Assembly: GCA_943357175.1 (NCBI GenBank)
Contig: CALRGE010000004.1
Location: forward strand, 36,420 to 100,419
DNA length: 64,000 nucleotides
Direction: 5' to 3'
From: Candidatus Peribacteria bacterium
Lineage (GTDB): Bacteria > Patescibacteriota > Gracilibacteria > UBA1369 > 2-02-FULL-48-14
Part shown: piece by piece, positions 53,017 through 61,594 of the stretch
How the letters are laid out: each line of letters begins with the position of its first letter
How positions within the stretch are numbered: position 1 is the first letter of the stretch
Position numbers and translations under genes: made by a program
The notes under the pieces: generated by a model
The model's input: the letters and a program-made list of their open reading frames with translations, nothing else
What the model was told of the DNA's origin: nothing
The model's database searches: none

Positions 53017-54009
53017 CTAGATGATTAATTCTTTGATAATTTTTGCAAAATCTTCCTTTGTTAACCACTTATCATTTCCATCACTGGTATATTCAAATCT
53101 TCCGTGAGTTCGGGCCCCCATTGAGGTGTATTTTGCATAATTGTAAGTATTTGAAATTTTAAATTCAGGCAAAATCACAAAGTATTTTTCGAGCTCAATT
53201 GCTCTAGATGATTCTTGTTCAGTTACAAGAATTTCATGTAGTTTTTCACCCGGCCTTATTCCAATAATTTCCTTTTCAGCTCCAGGTGCAATCGCATCAA
53301 ACATATCAACAATCTTCATTGAAGGCATTTTTGGAACAAAAGTTTCACCTCCCTCCATATGTTCTAAAGCAAATGAAACCAGATCAAAACTTCCTTCAAT
53401 TTTCAACCAGAAACGAGTCATTTCCAAATCTGTAACTGTAACTTTTTTAATATTCGGTTGTGCAAGTAGAGTCTCTATAATACTCCCTCTGCTTCCGATC
53501 ACATTTCCATAACGCACAACTGCAAATTTTGTCTTTTCAGGCGAGTAAAAATTACCCGCAATAAATAATTTTTCTGCACAAAGCTTTGTTGAGCCATAAA
53601 GATTCACTGGTAAAGCTGCTTTATCAGTTGAAACCAAAAGAACCTTTTGAACTCCACAGTCGATAGAAGCATCGATCACATTCTGAGTTCCCAGAATATT
53701 TGTTTTTACTGCTTCATATGGATTGTATTCAAGCATCGGCACATGTTTCAAAGCCGCCGCATGAACAACAATATCAACATTATATAAAGCTCGTATTAGC
53801 CTTTCTTTATCTCGGACATCACCTATAAAAAATCTGAGTCTAGGGTCTGAGAACTCTTTTTGCATTTGAAAATGCTTGAATTCATCTCTACTGAAAACAA
53901 TAACTCTTTTAGCCTTAGAGTTTTTTAGTAGAAATTTAATGAAATTTTTACCAAAGGAGCCGGTCCCACCTGTTATTAAGATTGATTTATCGTCTAGGAA
54001 TGAAAGCAT
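53017..54009 (-). CDS. pseB: UDP-GlcNAc 4,6-dehydratase, short FlaA1/PseB type
   Basis: ILITGGTGSFGK, VFSRDEFKH, RFFIGDVRD, HAAALKHVP, STDKAA.PVNLYG.TKL, VRYGNV.GSRGS, MTRFW, GIRPGEKLHE. Near collinear with Helicobacter FlaA1 from memory. Confidence 0.85.
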   Translation of the reverse strand: MLSFLDDKSILITGGTGSFGKNFIKFLLKNSKAKRVIVFSRDEFKHFQMQKEFSDPRLRFFIGDVRDKERLIRALYNVDIVVHAAALKHVPMLEYNPYEAVKTNILGTQNVIDASIDCGVQKVLLVSTDKAALPVNLYGSTKLCAEKLFIAGNFYSPEKTKFAVVRYGNVIGSRGSIIETLLAQPNIKKVTVTDLEMTRFWLKIEGSFDLVSFALEHMEGGETFVPKMPSMKIVDMFDAIAPGAEKEIIGIRPGEKLHEILVTEQESSRAIELEKYFVILPEFKISNTYNYAKYTSMGARTHGRFEYTSDGNDKWLTKEDFAKIIKELII

Positions 54010-54018
54010 ATTGATTTG

Positions 54019-54046
54019 ATTTTACTCTTTAAAATTAAGATTGCAA
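54019..54046 (-). promoter_or_regulatory. sigma70-like promoter for the pseB operon, near-leaderless
   Basis: Minus strand: TTGCAA (54041-54046), 16 nt, TAAAAT (54019-54024), 9 nt, ATG (54009). Confidence 0.35.
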
Positions 54047-54078
54047 ATTAGCGAGCATTATCACATTATATTTAGAAC

Positions 54079-54107
54079 TTGTCAAATCTAATTTTATCTG
54101 GTATTAA
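54079..54107 (+). promoter_or_regulatory. sigma70-like promoter for the NeuB-family operon, leaderless geometry
   Basis: TTGTCA (54079-54084), 17 nt, TATTAA (54102-54107), 6 nt, ATG (54114). Confidence 0.35.
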
Positions 54108-54113
54108 TGAGCT

Positions 54114-55247
54114 ATGAATGAAGAACGAGATGCATTTCTAGCCAGTCTTCCGAAGAATTTGAGCGGAAAGGCTGTTGATGTGGTGAATATTGGGGGAAGA
54201 TTAGTTGGGAAAGATCAGCCTTGTTTTATTATTGTAGAGGTTGGAGCTAATCATCGCGGTGATATTAAAAATGCTCTTCGTTTGATTGATTTTGCGGCGG
54301 AAACCGGAGCAGATTGTGTAAAATTTCAGCATATAAAAGCTGCAGGTATTGCTGCTGATACACCTGTGAATATTAATTGGAAAGGTAAAAGCGGATTTAG
54401 TACTTTTGCAGAATTTTATAAGCCTTCGGAGATGCCTTATGAATGGACTGAAGAATTGATGAAGCATGCGAAAGAAAAAGGAATTATGTTTTTGTCTACG
54501 CCTTTTGATAAAGAGTCGGTAGATTTGTTGGATTCGCTTGGCGTGCCGGCATTCAAAGTGGCGTCTTATGAAATGATTGATGATATTCTTCTTAGATACA
54601 TAGCGAAAAAGGGGAAACCGATAATTTTATCTACCGGAATGGCTTATTTGGAAGAAGTTGCGCATGCGATTCGAGTTATAAATGAGGAAGGAAATTACGA
54701 TATTATGCTAACACACTGCACCTCAATGTATCCGCCGAAAGGGTTTGAAGATTTGAATTTGAAGGCAATTTCAACTTTGCGAGAAGCATTTAAATTGCCG
54801 GTTGGCTATTCTGACCACTCAAATCCAAAATCAATGGTGGGTCCTATTGCTGCTGTGGCTTTAGGTGCTTGTATTTTTGAAAAACATTTTACTGATGAAC
54901 GCGAGGGTGGAAGTCATGATGATGCAAATTCGGTACAGCCTGAAGAATTTAAAAGGTTGGTTACTGAAATACGAAATACAGAGAAAGCAATGAGCCGAGA
55001 TGGAATTAAACAGCCTATATCACGTGAAACGCATGAATTGTTTAATGATGAAATTATTGATATTTGGGCAAGACGATCGATTTATGCCGCTAAAGATATT
55101 GCGGAGGGCGAAGTGATTACGGAGGATTGCTTGGTAACTTTGAGGCCTTGGGGCGGAATTGAGCCGAAACATCATCATTTGGTTGTGGGTCGAGTTGCGA
55201 AGAAGGCTGTCAAAGCCAGAGCACCAATTACTTGGGATGACTTATGA
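54114..55247 (+). CDS. NeuB/PseI/LegI-family nonulosonic acid synthase with C-terminal SAF domain
   Basis: CFIIVEVGANHRGD, ADCVKFQ, STPFD, FKVASYE, ILSTGM, LTHCTSMYP, GYSDHS, and SAF-domain tail RRSIYAAKDIAEGEVIT. Confidence 0.8.
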   Translation: MNEERDAFLASLPKNLSGKAVDVVNIGGRLVGKDQPCFIIVEVGANHRGDIKNALRLIDFAAETGADCVKFQHIKAAGIAADTPVNINWKGKSGFSTFAEFYKPSEMPYEWTEELMKHAKEKGIMFLSTPFDKESVDLLDSLGVPAFKVASYEMIDDILLRYIAKKGKPIILSTGMAYLEEVAHAIRVINEEGNYDIMLTHCTSMYPPKGFEDLNLKAISTLREAFKLPVGYSDHSNPKSMVGPIAAVALGACIFEKHFTDEREGGSHDDANSVQPEEFKRLVTEIRNTEKAMSRDGIKQPISRETHELFNDEIIDIWARRSIYAAKDIAEGEVITEDCLVTLRPWGGIEPKHHHLVVGRVAKKAVKARAPITWDDL

Positions 55248-55747
55248 ACCTAACTTTTAGAGAAATTCGGAAGGCAGATTTAGCTCCAATAAAAAATTGG
55301 AGAAACGAGCAAATGGATATTTTGCGCCAGAATGTAGTTTTGACAGATGCGGATCAAGAAAATTGGTTTTTGGGTTTGGCGAATGATAAAAGTCAGGTTC
55401 TTTTTGCAGTGCTTGATGGCGATTTGCTTGGTTATTGTGGAATCACTCACTTTGATAATTTTAATCATCGTGGAGAGGTGAGTTTCGTTATGAAGACGGA
55501 AATTGCTCGCGATGAGGCGAGTTATGAGAAATATTTTTTGGCGGTTTTGGAGATGTTGAAAAATTATGCATTCGCTGAATTGAAACTGCATAAATTGTTT
55601 ACAGAAACTTATGAATTTAGAAAATTTCACATTTCTATTTTGGAAAAATTTGGATTTAAACTGGACGGACGATATAAAGAGCATATATTTCACGAAGGGA
55701 AATTCATTGATTCACTAATTCACTCACTAATAAATGGACAGTCTTAA
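55244..55747 (+). CDS. GNAT N-acetyltransferase, PseH-like
   Basis: IKNWRNEQMDILRQN (the WRN motif of PseH-type GNATs), 167 aa, ATGA overlap with the synthase gene. Confidence 0.6.
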   Translation: MNLTFREIRKADLAPIKNWRNEQMDILRQNVVLTDADQENWFLGLANDKSQVLFAVLDGDLLGYCGITHFDNFNHRGEVSFVMKTEIARDEASYEKYFLAVLEMLKNYAFAELKLHKLFTETYEFRKFHISILEKFGFKLDGRYKEHIFHEGKFIDSLIHSLINGQS

Positions 55748-56657
55748 AAACAAAGCGGTTTTGGTCACTGGCGGAGCCGGAATTATCGGGCAAGAGCTTG
55801 TTGCGCTCTTAGTCGCCGAAGGTGCTTTGGTGCGTGTGGTGGACATGGTTGAAAAGCCGTCTTCTTTAGTTGGATTCGATTATTTTCAGATGGATTTAGC
55901 GAATCGTGACAGTCAATTTTTGTTTCATTTTGAACCGGAATACGTTTTTCATTTAGCTGCGGATTTTGAAAGAAGCACCGAGAGTTTGGAGTTTTGGGAT
56001 GCAAATTTTAAAAATAATATTTTGGCATCGCATTATTTGCTTGAACAGATCATGAAATGCAAATCGTTGAAGAAAATTGTGTTTGCATCGAGCTATCTAA
56101 TTTACGATAAAAATCAATATAACGATGTGTCGAAAGAAGGTGTATTGAGCGAAAGTTCGATGGTGAATCCACGAAATTTGTGTGGTGTTGCAAAACTACA
56201 AACGGAAAAAGATTTGGAATTTTTTCATGAGCAATTGAAGAGTTTTGAATATGCTTGTGCAAGAATTTATCGTGTTTATGGTCGTGGTTCACGTGATATT
56301 GCTTCTCGTTGGGTTCGCGCCGCTTTAAAGGGTGAAGCCTTGGAGGTATTTTCAAAAAATAATCGTTTTGATTATATTTTTGCAGGAGATGTTGCTGAAG
56401 GTTTGATTCGAATTTGTAAGGCAGAGGCTGCGAAGGGAATTATCAATTTGGGAAGTGGAATTTCTCACAGTGTGGCTGAATTGGTGGAAGTTTTGAAATC
56501 AAATTTTGCAGATTTGAAAATTGTAGAAAATGATAAAATGATTTATCCGGAAGCAAGTATGGCGAATGTCAGTTTATTGAAAAAATTGACCGGCTGGAGT
56601 CCACAGACTAGTTTGAATGATGGCGTTTCTAAACTAATCGAACATGAAAGAAGTTAA
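55734..56657 (+). CDS. extended SDR (NAD-dependent epimerase/dehydratase family)
   Basis: VLVTGGAGIIGQEL, ASSYLIYD, GVAKLQTEK. Confidence 0.7.
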   Translation: MDSLKNKAVLVTGGAGIIGQELVALLVAEGALVRVVDMVEKPSSLVGFDYFQMDLANRDSQFLFHFEPEYVFHLAADFERSTESLEFWDANFKNNILASHYLLEQIMKCKSLKKIVFASSYLIYDKNQYNDVSKEGVLSESSMVNPRNLCGVAKLQTEKDLEFFHEQLKSFEYACARIYRVYGRGSRDIASRWVRAALKGEALEVFSKNNRFDYIFAGDVAEGLIRICKAEAAKGIINLGSGISHSVAELVEVLKSNFADLKIVENDKMIYPEASMANVSLLKKLTGWSPQTSLNDGVSKLIEHERS

Positions 56658-57606
56658 TATTCTTTTCACGAGTATTGGTAACAAAGTTTATTTGACCAAG
56701 TATTTTAAAAGAGCTTATGAAAAGTTGGGCGTTACCGGGAAAATGGTGGCAACTGGAATTGATGAGCTTACACCGGGAATTTATACTGCAGATATTCACT
56801 ATTTGGTGCCGCGTTTAAATGACTCAAATTTCTTGCCACGAATTTTGGAAATTTGTAAAAAAGAGTCGATAAATATTTTGCAACCGACTAGCGATGACGA
56901 TGTTGAATTTTTTGCGGAACACAAAAGTGAGTTTGAAAATTTGGAAGTGAAAATTCTGGCGCCGAATTTCGAAACTGCGTCGATTTGCAGAGATAAATTG
57001 AAGTTTTTCAATAAGTTGAGTGAGTTGGGTATTCCGACAATAAAAACGTGGATTTCGTTGAACGATGAAATTGTTTATCCATGCATTGTTAAGCCCGCGA
57101 GAGGAAAAGCTGCAGTTGGAGTTATGACTGTGAATTCGCGTGAAGAGTTGGAAAAAATTAATTTGGATGGAATGATAATTCAGGAAAAAATTGTCGGAAC
57201 AGAATATACAATTGATTATTTTGCAGACTTAAATGGTGAGGTTTTGGGAATTGTACCCAGAATTCGAATGGTGGTTTCAGAGGGTGAATCTAAAGTTGGA
57301 AGAACTCACAATGAACCAAGGATAATTGAACTTTGTAAGAAGTTGGGTGCAAGTTTAAAGCTTATTGGGCAAAATACGATTCAGTTATTTGTAAATTCCT
57401 CTGGAATTTATATTCTTGAAAATAATATGCGGTTTGGCGGCGGCTCCCCACTGGGAATGGAAGCTGGCTTAAAAAGTCCTGAATTTATTCTGAAAATTGC
57501 TTTGGGCGAGAAACCGGAGGCTGACTTCAATTTTACTGACAATCTCTTGATGATAAGGTACAGTGAGAATGTTTTCATGGATTATGATCAAATTGCTCAT
57601 CTTTGA
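56644..57606 (+). CDS. ATP-grasp ligase
   Basis: CRDKLKFFNKL...GIPT, YPCIVKPARG, MIIQEKIVGTEYTIDYF, LENNMRFGGG are ATP-grasp fold signatures. Confidence 0.75.
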   Translation: MKEVNILFTSIGNKVYLTKYFKRAYEKLGVTGKMVATGIDELTPGIYTADIHYLVPRLNDSNFLPRILEICKKESINILQPTSDDDVEFFAEHKSEFENLEVKILAPNFETASICRDKLKFFNKLSELGIPTIKTWISLNDEIVYPCIVKPARGKAAVGVMTVNSREELEKINLDGMIIQEKIVGTEYTIDYFADLNGEVLGIVPRIRMVVSEGESKVGRTHNEPRIIELCKKLGASLKLIGQNTIQLFVNSSGIYILENNMRFGGGSPLGMEAGLKSPEFILKIALGEKPEADFNFTDNLLMIRYSENVFMDYDQIAHL

Positions 57607-58177
57607 CTTGGACAACACTCTTTACCCTGAAATTGGATATGTGCAGAGTGGTTTTTGGGCTGTAGCGGAATTTCTATCTGTCAAAATCGGGGTTAAAGCG
57701 GAGAAAATTTTTGCAGATTTGATGGGATCTTTTGAAAAACATGGCCGTGGGAAAAATTTTGATTACTTGGTAGAAAAATATCTGAATGTGAAGAAAGAAG
57801 AGTTGATTAAGATTTACAGAGGTCATTTGCCAAAAATTGAGTTAAAAGAAAGCACCTGGCAGTGCTTAGAGAATTTGAAAAAAAATCATACAATCTGTTT
57901 GTTGACAAACGGCTGGCCGGAAGTCCAAAAGCAAAAAGTTAAAGCTTTAGGCTTAGAAAAAATCTTCGATAAAATATTTTATGCACAGGAAGATGGAGAA
58001 GAATTTAAAAAACCCCATCCAAAAGCCTTCGAGAGAATTATAGAATATTACAAATTCAATCCTGAGGAAATTTTGATGATTGGAGATGATGAGGAGGCGG
58101 ATATGATGGGCGCCTCTCGAGTTGGAATGCAAACTTTTTGGGTAAAAGAAATCGATGATATTAAAAAATTATGTTAA
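57584..58177 (+). CDS. HAD-superfamily hydrolase
   Basis: LIFDLDNTLY (motif I), LLTNG (motif II), KPHP, IGDDEEADMMGA (motif IV). Start at the ATG at 57584. Confidence 0.75.
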   Translation: MIKLLIFDLDNTLYPEIGYVQSGFWAVAEFLSVKIGVKAEKIFADLMGSFEKHGRGKNFDYLVEKYLNVKKEELIKIYRGHLPKIELKESTWQCLENLKKNHTICLLTNGWPEVQKQKVKALGLEKIFDKIFYAQEDGEEFKKPHPKAFERIIEYYKFNPEEILMIGDDEEADMMGASRVGMQTFWVKEIDDIKKLC

Positions 58178-59043
58178 AAAAACTGAGAGGACTTTTTTTT
58201 GAAGGAAGGACTAATTGGAACATTGGCATTGTGGATGCTCCTATTGAGGATTTTTTAAAAAATGAAAAACCTGATGTTAAGTGGCTTGATGAAGTTTCAA
58301 ACAAAGAATTTACTGCCGATCCATTCGGGTTGATACATCACGGTAAGTTGGGAATCATGTTTGAACATTACGACTATGAAAGAAAATTGGGTGAAATTTA
58401 TGCGCGAGTTGGAGATAGAGTTGAGAAAGTCATGAATTTAGATGTCCATGCTTCTTATCCATTTTTAATTGAGGAAAAAGGTGAAATTTATTGTGTCCCT
58501 GAAACTAACCAGGCAAATGAAGTGGCAATTTATAAAGCTGTGGATTTTCCATGGGAATGGGAAAAAAAACAGGTTCTTTTTAAAGGGCGAGTTAGTGATG
58601 CAACCTTTTTTAAGCATGATGGAATGTGGTTTTGTTTTTATACATTGGCAGACGCACCGCATTCAAAATTATATATTCGCTACGCAAAAGATTTATTTGG
58701 CGAATGGAAAGAACATAAAAAAAATCACGTGAAAAATGATGTGACATCTTCACGTCCTGCGGGAAGTATATTTGTTCATAAAGGAAAAATTTACCGACCT
58801 GCACAGGATTGCTCGAAAACTTATGGTGGAAGTGTTACAATCAGCGAGATAAAGAAACTGAGTACAACTGTATTTGAAGAAGTCGAAATTAAGAAAATTG
58901 AGCCTTATGATTCGTATAAATTCGGAATACATACACTCTCCGCAGTTAATGGAATGACATTGGTTGACGGAAAAAAATATTCATATCGGCTAAGGGCACT
59001 CGGAGAAATTCTGCAAATAATTCAGAGAAAAATATGGCATTAA
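58171..59043 (+). CDS. beta-propeller (GH43-like) protein resembling the 'glucosamine inositolphosphorylceramide transferase' N-terminal family
   Basis: WNIGI, ADPF, HASYPFLIEEKGEIYCVPET, YKAVDFPWEW, FFKHDGMWFCF, RPAGSIF, RPAQDC...YGG match the family pattern from memory. Confidence 0.45.
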   Translation: MLKKLRGLFFEGRTNWNIGIVDAPIEDFLKNEKPDVKWLDEVSNKEFTADPFGLIHHGKLGIMFEHYDYERKLGEIYARVGDRVEKVMNLDVHASYPFLIEEKGEIYCVPETNQANEVAIYKAVDFPWEWEKKQVLFKGRVSDATFFKHDGMWFCFYTLADAPHSKLYIRYAKDLFGEWKEHKKNHVKNDVTSSRPAGSIFVHKGKIYRPAQDCSKTYGGSVTISEIKKLSTTVFEEVEIKKIEPYDSYKFGIHTLSAVNGMTLVDGKKYSYRLRALGEILQIIQRKIWH

Positions 59044-60497
59044 GCAATACTGAAGTTTACAAACGAACAATAAATTCCAGTCTTTGGATGACAGCCGACA
59101 TTCTGATTCAAAGAATTTTGGGGGTAGTTAGTTTTTTGATTTTATCCAGGTTAATTTTACCGGAAGCCTACGGAATTATGGCATCCGTTACCATTGTAAT
59201 CGGCTTTTTGAATACCATTTCTCAAACTGGTTTTGAAGCGGCATTAATTCAAAGCAACGATGAAATTAAAGATTATTTAAATAAAGTTTGGACGCTGAAT
59301 ATTATAAAATCTATCGGAATATTTTTGATAATTTGGTTAATAGCTCCTTTTGCGGCCAAGTTTTTCAATGTGGAAGGTTATGTTGATGTGATAAGATTTT
59401 CAGGTCTATTTGTTATGGCTGAGGGCTTTTCAAACATTGGCCACGTTTATTTTTCAAAAGATATTAACTTCAAAATGATTTTCTTCCGTGATTTGGGAAT
59501 GCCGATTGCATACATGATTACTGCATTAATTGGCGTGCAATTTATAAGTCCTGTTTTGGCTTTGGCTTCAGCTACTTTAGCTTCATACTCATGGGCAACA
59601 ATTTCAACTTATTTTTTAAGTCCTTATAGGCCACGATTAGATTTTCATTTTCACAAACTAAGAAAACTTTTCAAGTATAGCTCTTGGGTTATAGGTAGTA
59701 ATTTGGCCAATTATATAAATAGCGCAATAGATAGTACTTTTTTGGCTCATTTATTAGGTCCACAAAAATTGGGAATTTATAGCAAGGCGAGAGATTTTTC
59801 AGTCATTCCATCAAGCTATATTTCACAAATTGCAAATAAAATCGGATTTCCATCAATTTCAAAAGTTCAAGCTGATAAAGAAAGTGTTAGAAACGCATTG
59901 TCAAAATTATTTGATATTACAATATTAATTTCTCTTCCCTTTCTGGCCTTTATTTTCACGCAAGCAAACAACTTAATAAGTTTAGTATTGGAAGCGGAGT
60001 GGCTGGACATTGTTTTCCCGCTAAAATTTTTAATGATAGCAATGACAATCAGAGGATTTATAATTATCACCTATCCAGTTTTTAACGGCATGGGTAAGCC
60101 AAGAATATATTTTAATTCGATTTTAATACAAATAATTTCTGTGTTTATAGGGCTGTGGTTTATGGCTCCAAAATATGGAATTTCCGGGGCGGCTTACGCT
60201 ATAATTATTTCGACGAGTTTATGTTTTATTTACACAACTTTTAATGCTGTGAAACTTACTGATTTAAAACTTAGGACACTCATTCCATGCACTTTTGCAG
60301 TTTGTATTGCAACTTTAGTGGCGGGACTTTTGAGCGTTGCATATAATCGTGCAATTGGATTTGGAAATATTTTTGAATACGCGGTGGCAATGGTTGGAAT
60401 TGGAATAATTTACATTGCGATTATTTTTATGATGTGGAAAGTCTTTAAAATCGGCCCAGGTGAAACATTAAGAAGCATCTTACAAAATATAATTTGA
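59034..60497 (+). CDS. wzx: Wzx-type oligosaccharide flippase (MOP superfamily, Polysacc_synt)
   Basis: About 14 TM segments. The N-terminal ADILIQRILGVVSFLILSRLILPEAYGI pattern is typical of Wzx/RfbX. Confidence 0.8.
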   Translation: MALSNTEVYKRTINSSLWMTADILIQRILGVVSFLILSRLILPEAYGIMASVTIVIGFLNTISQTGFEAALIQSNDEIKDYLNKVWTLNIIKSIGIFLIIWLIAPFAAKFFNVEGYVDVIRFSGLFVMAEGFSNIGHVYFSKDINFKMIFFRDLGMPIAYMITALIGVQFISPVLALASATLASYSWATISTYFLSPYRPRLDFHFHKLRKLFKYSSWVIGSNLANYINSAIDSTFLAHLLGPQKLGIYSKARDFSVIPSSYISQIANKIGFPSISKVQADKESVRNALSKLFDITILISLPFLAFIFTQANNLISLVLEAEWLDIVFPLKFLMIAMTIRGFIIITYPVFNGMGKPRIYFNSILIQIISVFIGLWFMAPKYGISGAAYAIIISTSLCFIYTTFNAVKLTDLKLRTLIPCTFAVCIATLVAGLLSVAYNRAIGFGNIFEYAVAMVGIGIIYIAIIFMMWKVFKIGPGETLRSILQNII

Positions 60498-61594
60498 AGA
60501 TTAAATATCTAACAACTAAGTTGAATTTGAAAAAAGGCGGTGGTGCAAATCACGCTATTGATTTGATGGTGCGTTCACTAATTAAAAATGGATACGAAGT
60601 GAAAATTATCACCGCTTTTTCTCAAGGAAATTCTTTTGATGGTTTGGCATATGAGGTGCTTGAAGAAAATATGACAAGTGCTCATCCACGAAAAAATATT
60701 CCTGAGATTGTGGCGATTTTGAAAAAGTACGAAGCTAATACAGATGTGTATATTTTGGATGCACATTTTTTCATGTGGGGAGCCGCTTACTATAAAAAAC
60801 AGGGTGGAAAAAGCAAAGTTGTAGCATCAATTTTTTCATATTTGGAAAGCATGAATTTATTTAGTGAGGCGGGTAGACCAATGAACATGCAACGTAGAAT
60901 TGGGCTTTTTGTGCAAAGATTGTGGGAGAATTTAATCGCCAAAAAAAATCTGAAATTGATTGATTGGTTCATTTATCAATCGCCAACAAATATTGTGCCA
61001 TTTAAAAAATTTGGGTTGCCAAATGAAAAGTCGGCAATGATTTGTCCTTTTGTGGAAATTAATCCACAGGCTGGTGAGCCGACACAAGAATTTAGACTAC
61101 TTTTTGTGGGAAGATTTGTGCTTTATAAAGGTGTGGAAGTTCTAGTTAGAGCGATGAAACTTTTGCCGAAAGAAATTAAATTGGATTTGGTTGGCGATGG
61201 TGAAGAAGAGGAGAATTTAAGGGGATTGGCTGACGACAGAGTTATTTTCCACGGGTTTAAAAATCGCAATGAACTCGCTGAATTTTATAAACATGCAACG
61301 CTTCTCGTTCACCCAACTTTAGATCCGGAGCCATTCGGTTTAATTATTGTGGAGGGAATGAATTTTGGATTGCCGTCGGTTTCAAGTGAGGGCAGCGGAA
61401 GTGCTTGGGTTGCTGGAGAATCCGGAATTACTTTCAAGGCCGGCGATGTAAATGACCTTAGCTCAAAAATCCAAATGATATATAATGATCTGGCTTTGCT
61501 GAAGAATTTGAGAGAAAAAGCTGTGGAAAGAGTAAAGTATTTCGATTATAAAAACTGGCTGGAAAAGCTGGAAGAAGTTCTCAAAAAAATATGA
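60494..61594 (+). CDS. GT4-family glycosyltransferase
   Basis: FVGRFVLYKGV, HPTLDPEPFGLIIVEGMNFGLPSVSSEGSG. Apparent TTG start overlapping the wzx TGA. Confidence 0.7.
   Translation: MKIKYLTTKLNLKKGGGANHAIDLMVRSLIKNGYEVKIITAFSQGNSFDGLAYEVLEENMTSAHPRKNIPEIVAILKKYEANTDVYILDAHFFMWGAAYYKKQGGKSKVVASIFSYLESMNLFSEAGRPMNMQRRIGLFVQRLWENLIAKKNLKLIDWFIYQSPTNIVPFKKFGLPNEKSAMICPFVEINPQAGEPTQEFRLLFVGRFVLYKGVEVLVRAMKLLPKEIKLDLVGDGEEEENLRGLADDRVIFHGFKNRNELAEFYKHATLLVHPTLDPEPFGLIIVEGMNFGLPSVSSEGSGSAWVAGESGITFKAGDVNDLSSKIQMIYNDLALLKNLREKAVERVKYFDYKNWLEKLEEVLKKI

Noticed and set aside
60494-60497. Possibility of an alternative genetic code, with UGA read as Gly or Trp as in some candidate phyla.
   Set aside because: Many family-typical C-termini end at TGA, including the ATGA and TTGA stop/start junctions such as wzx/GT4 at 60494-60497. 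ORF lengths match family expectations under the standard code.
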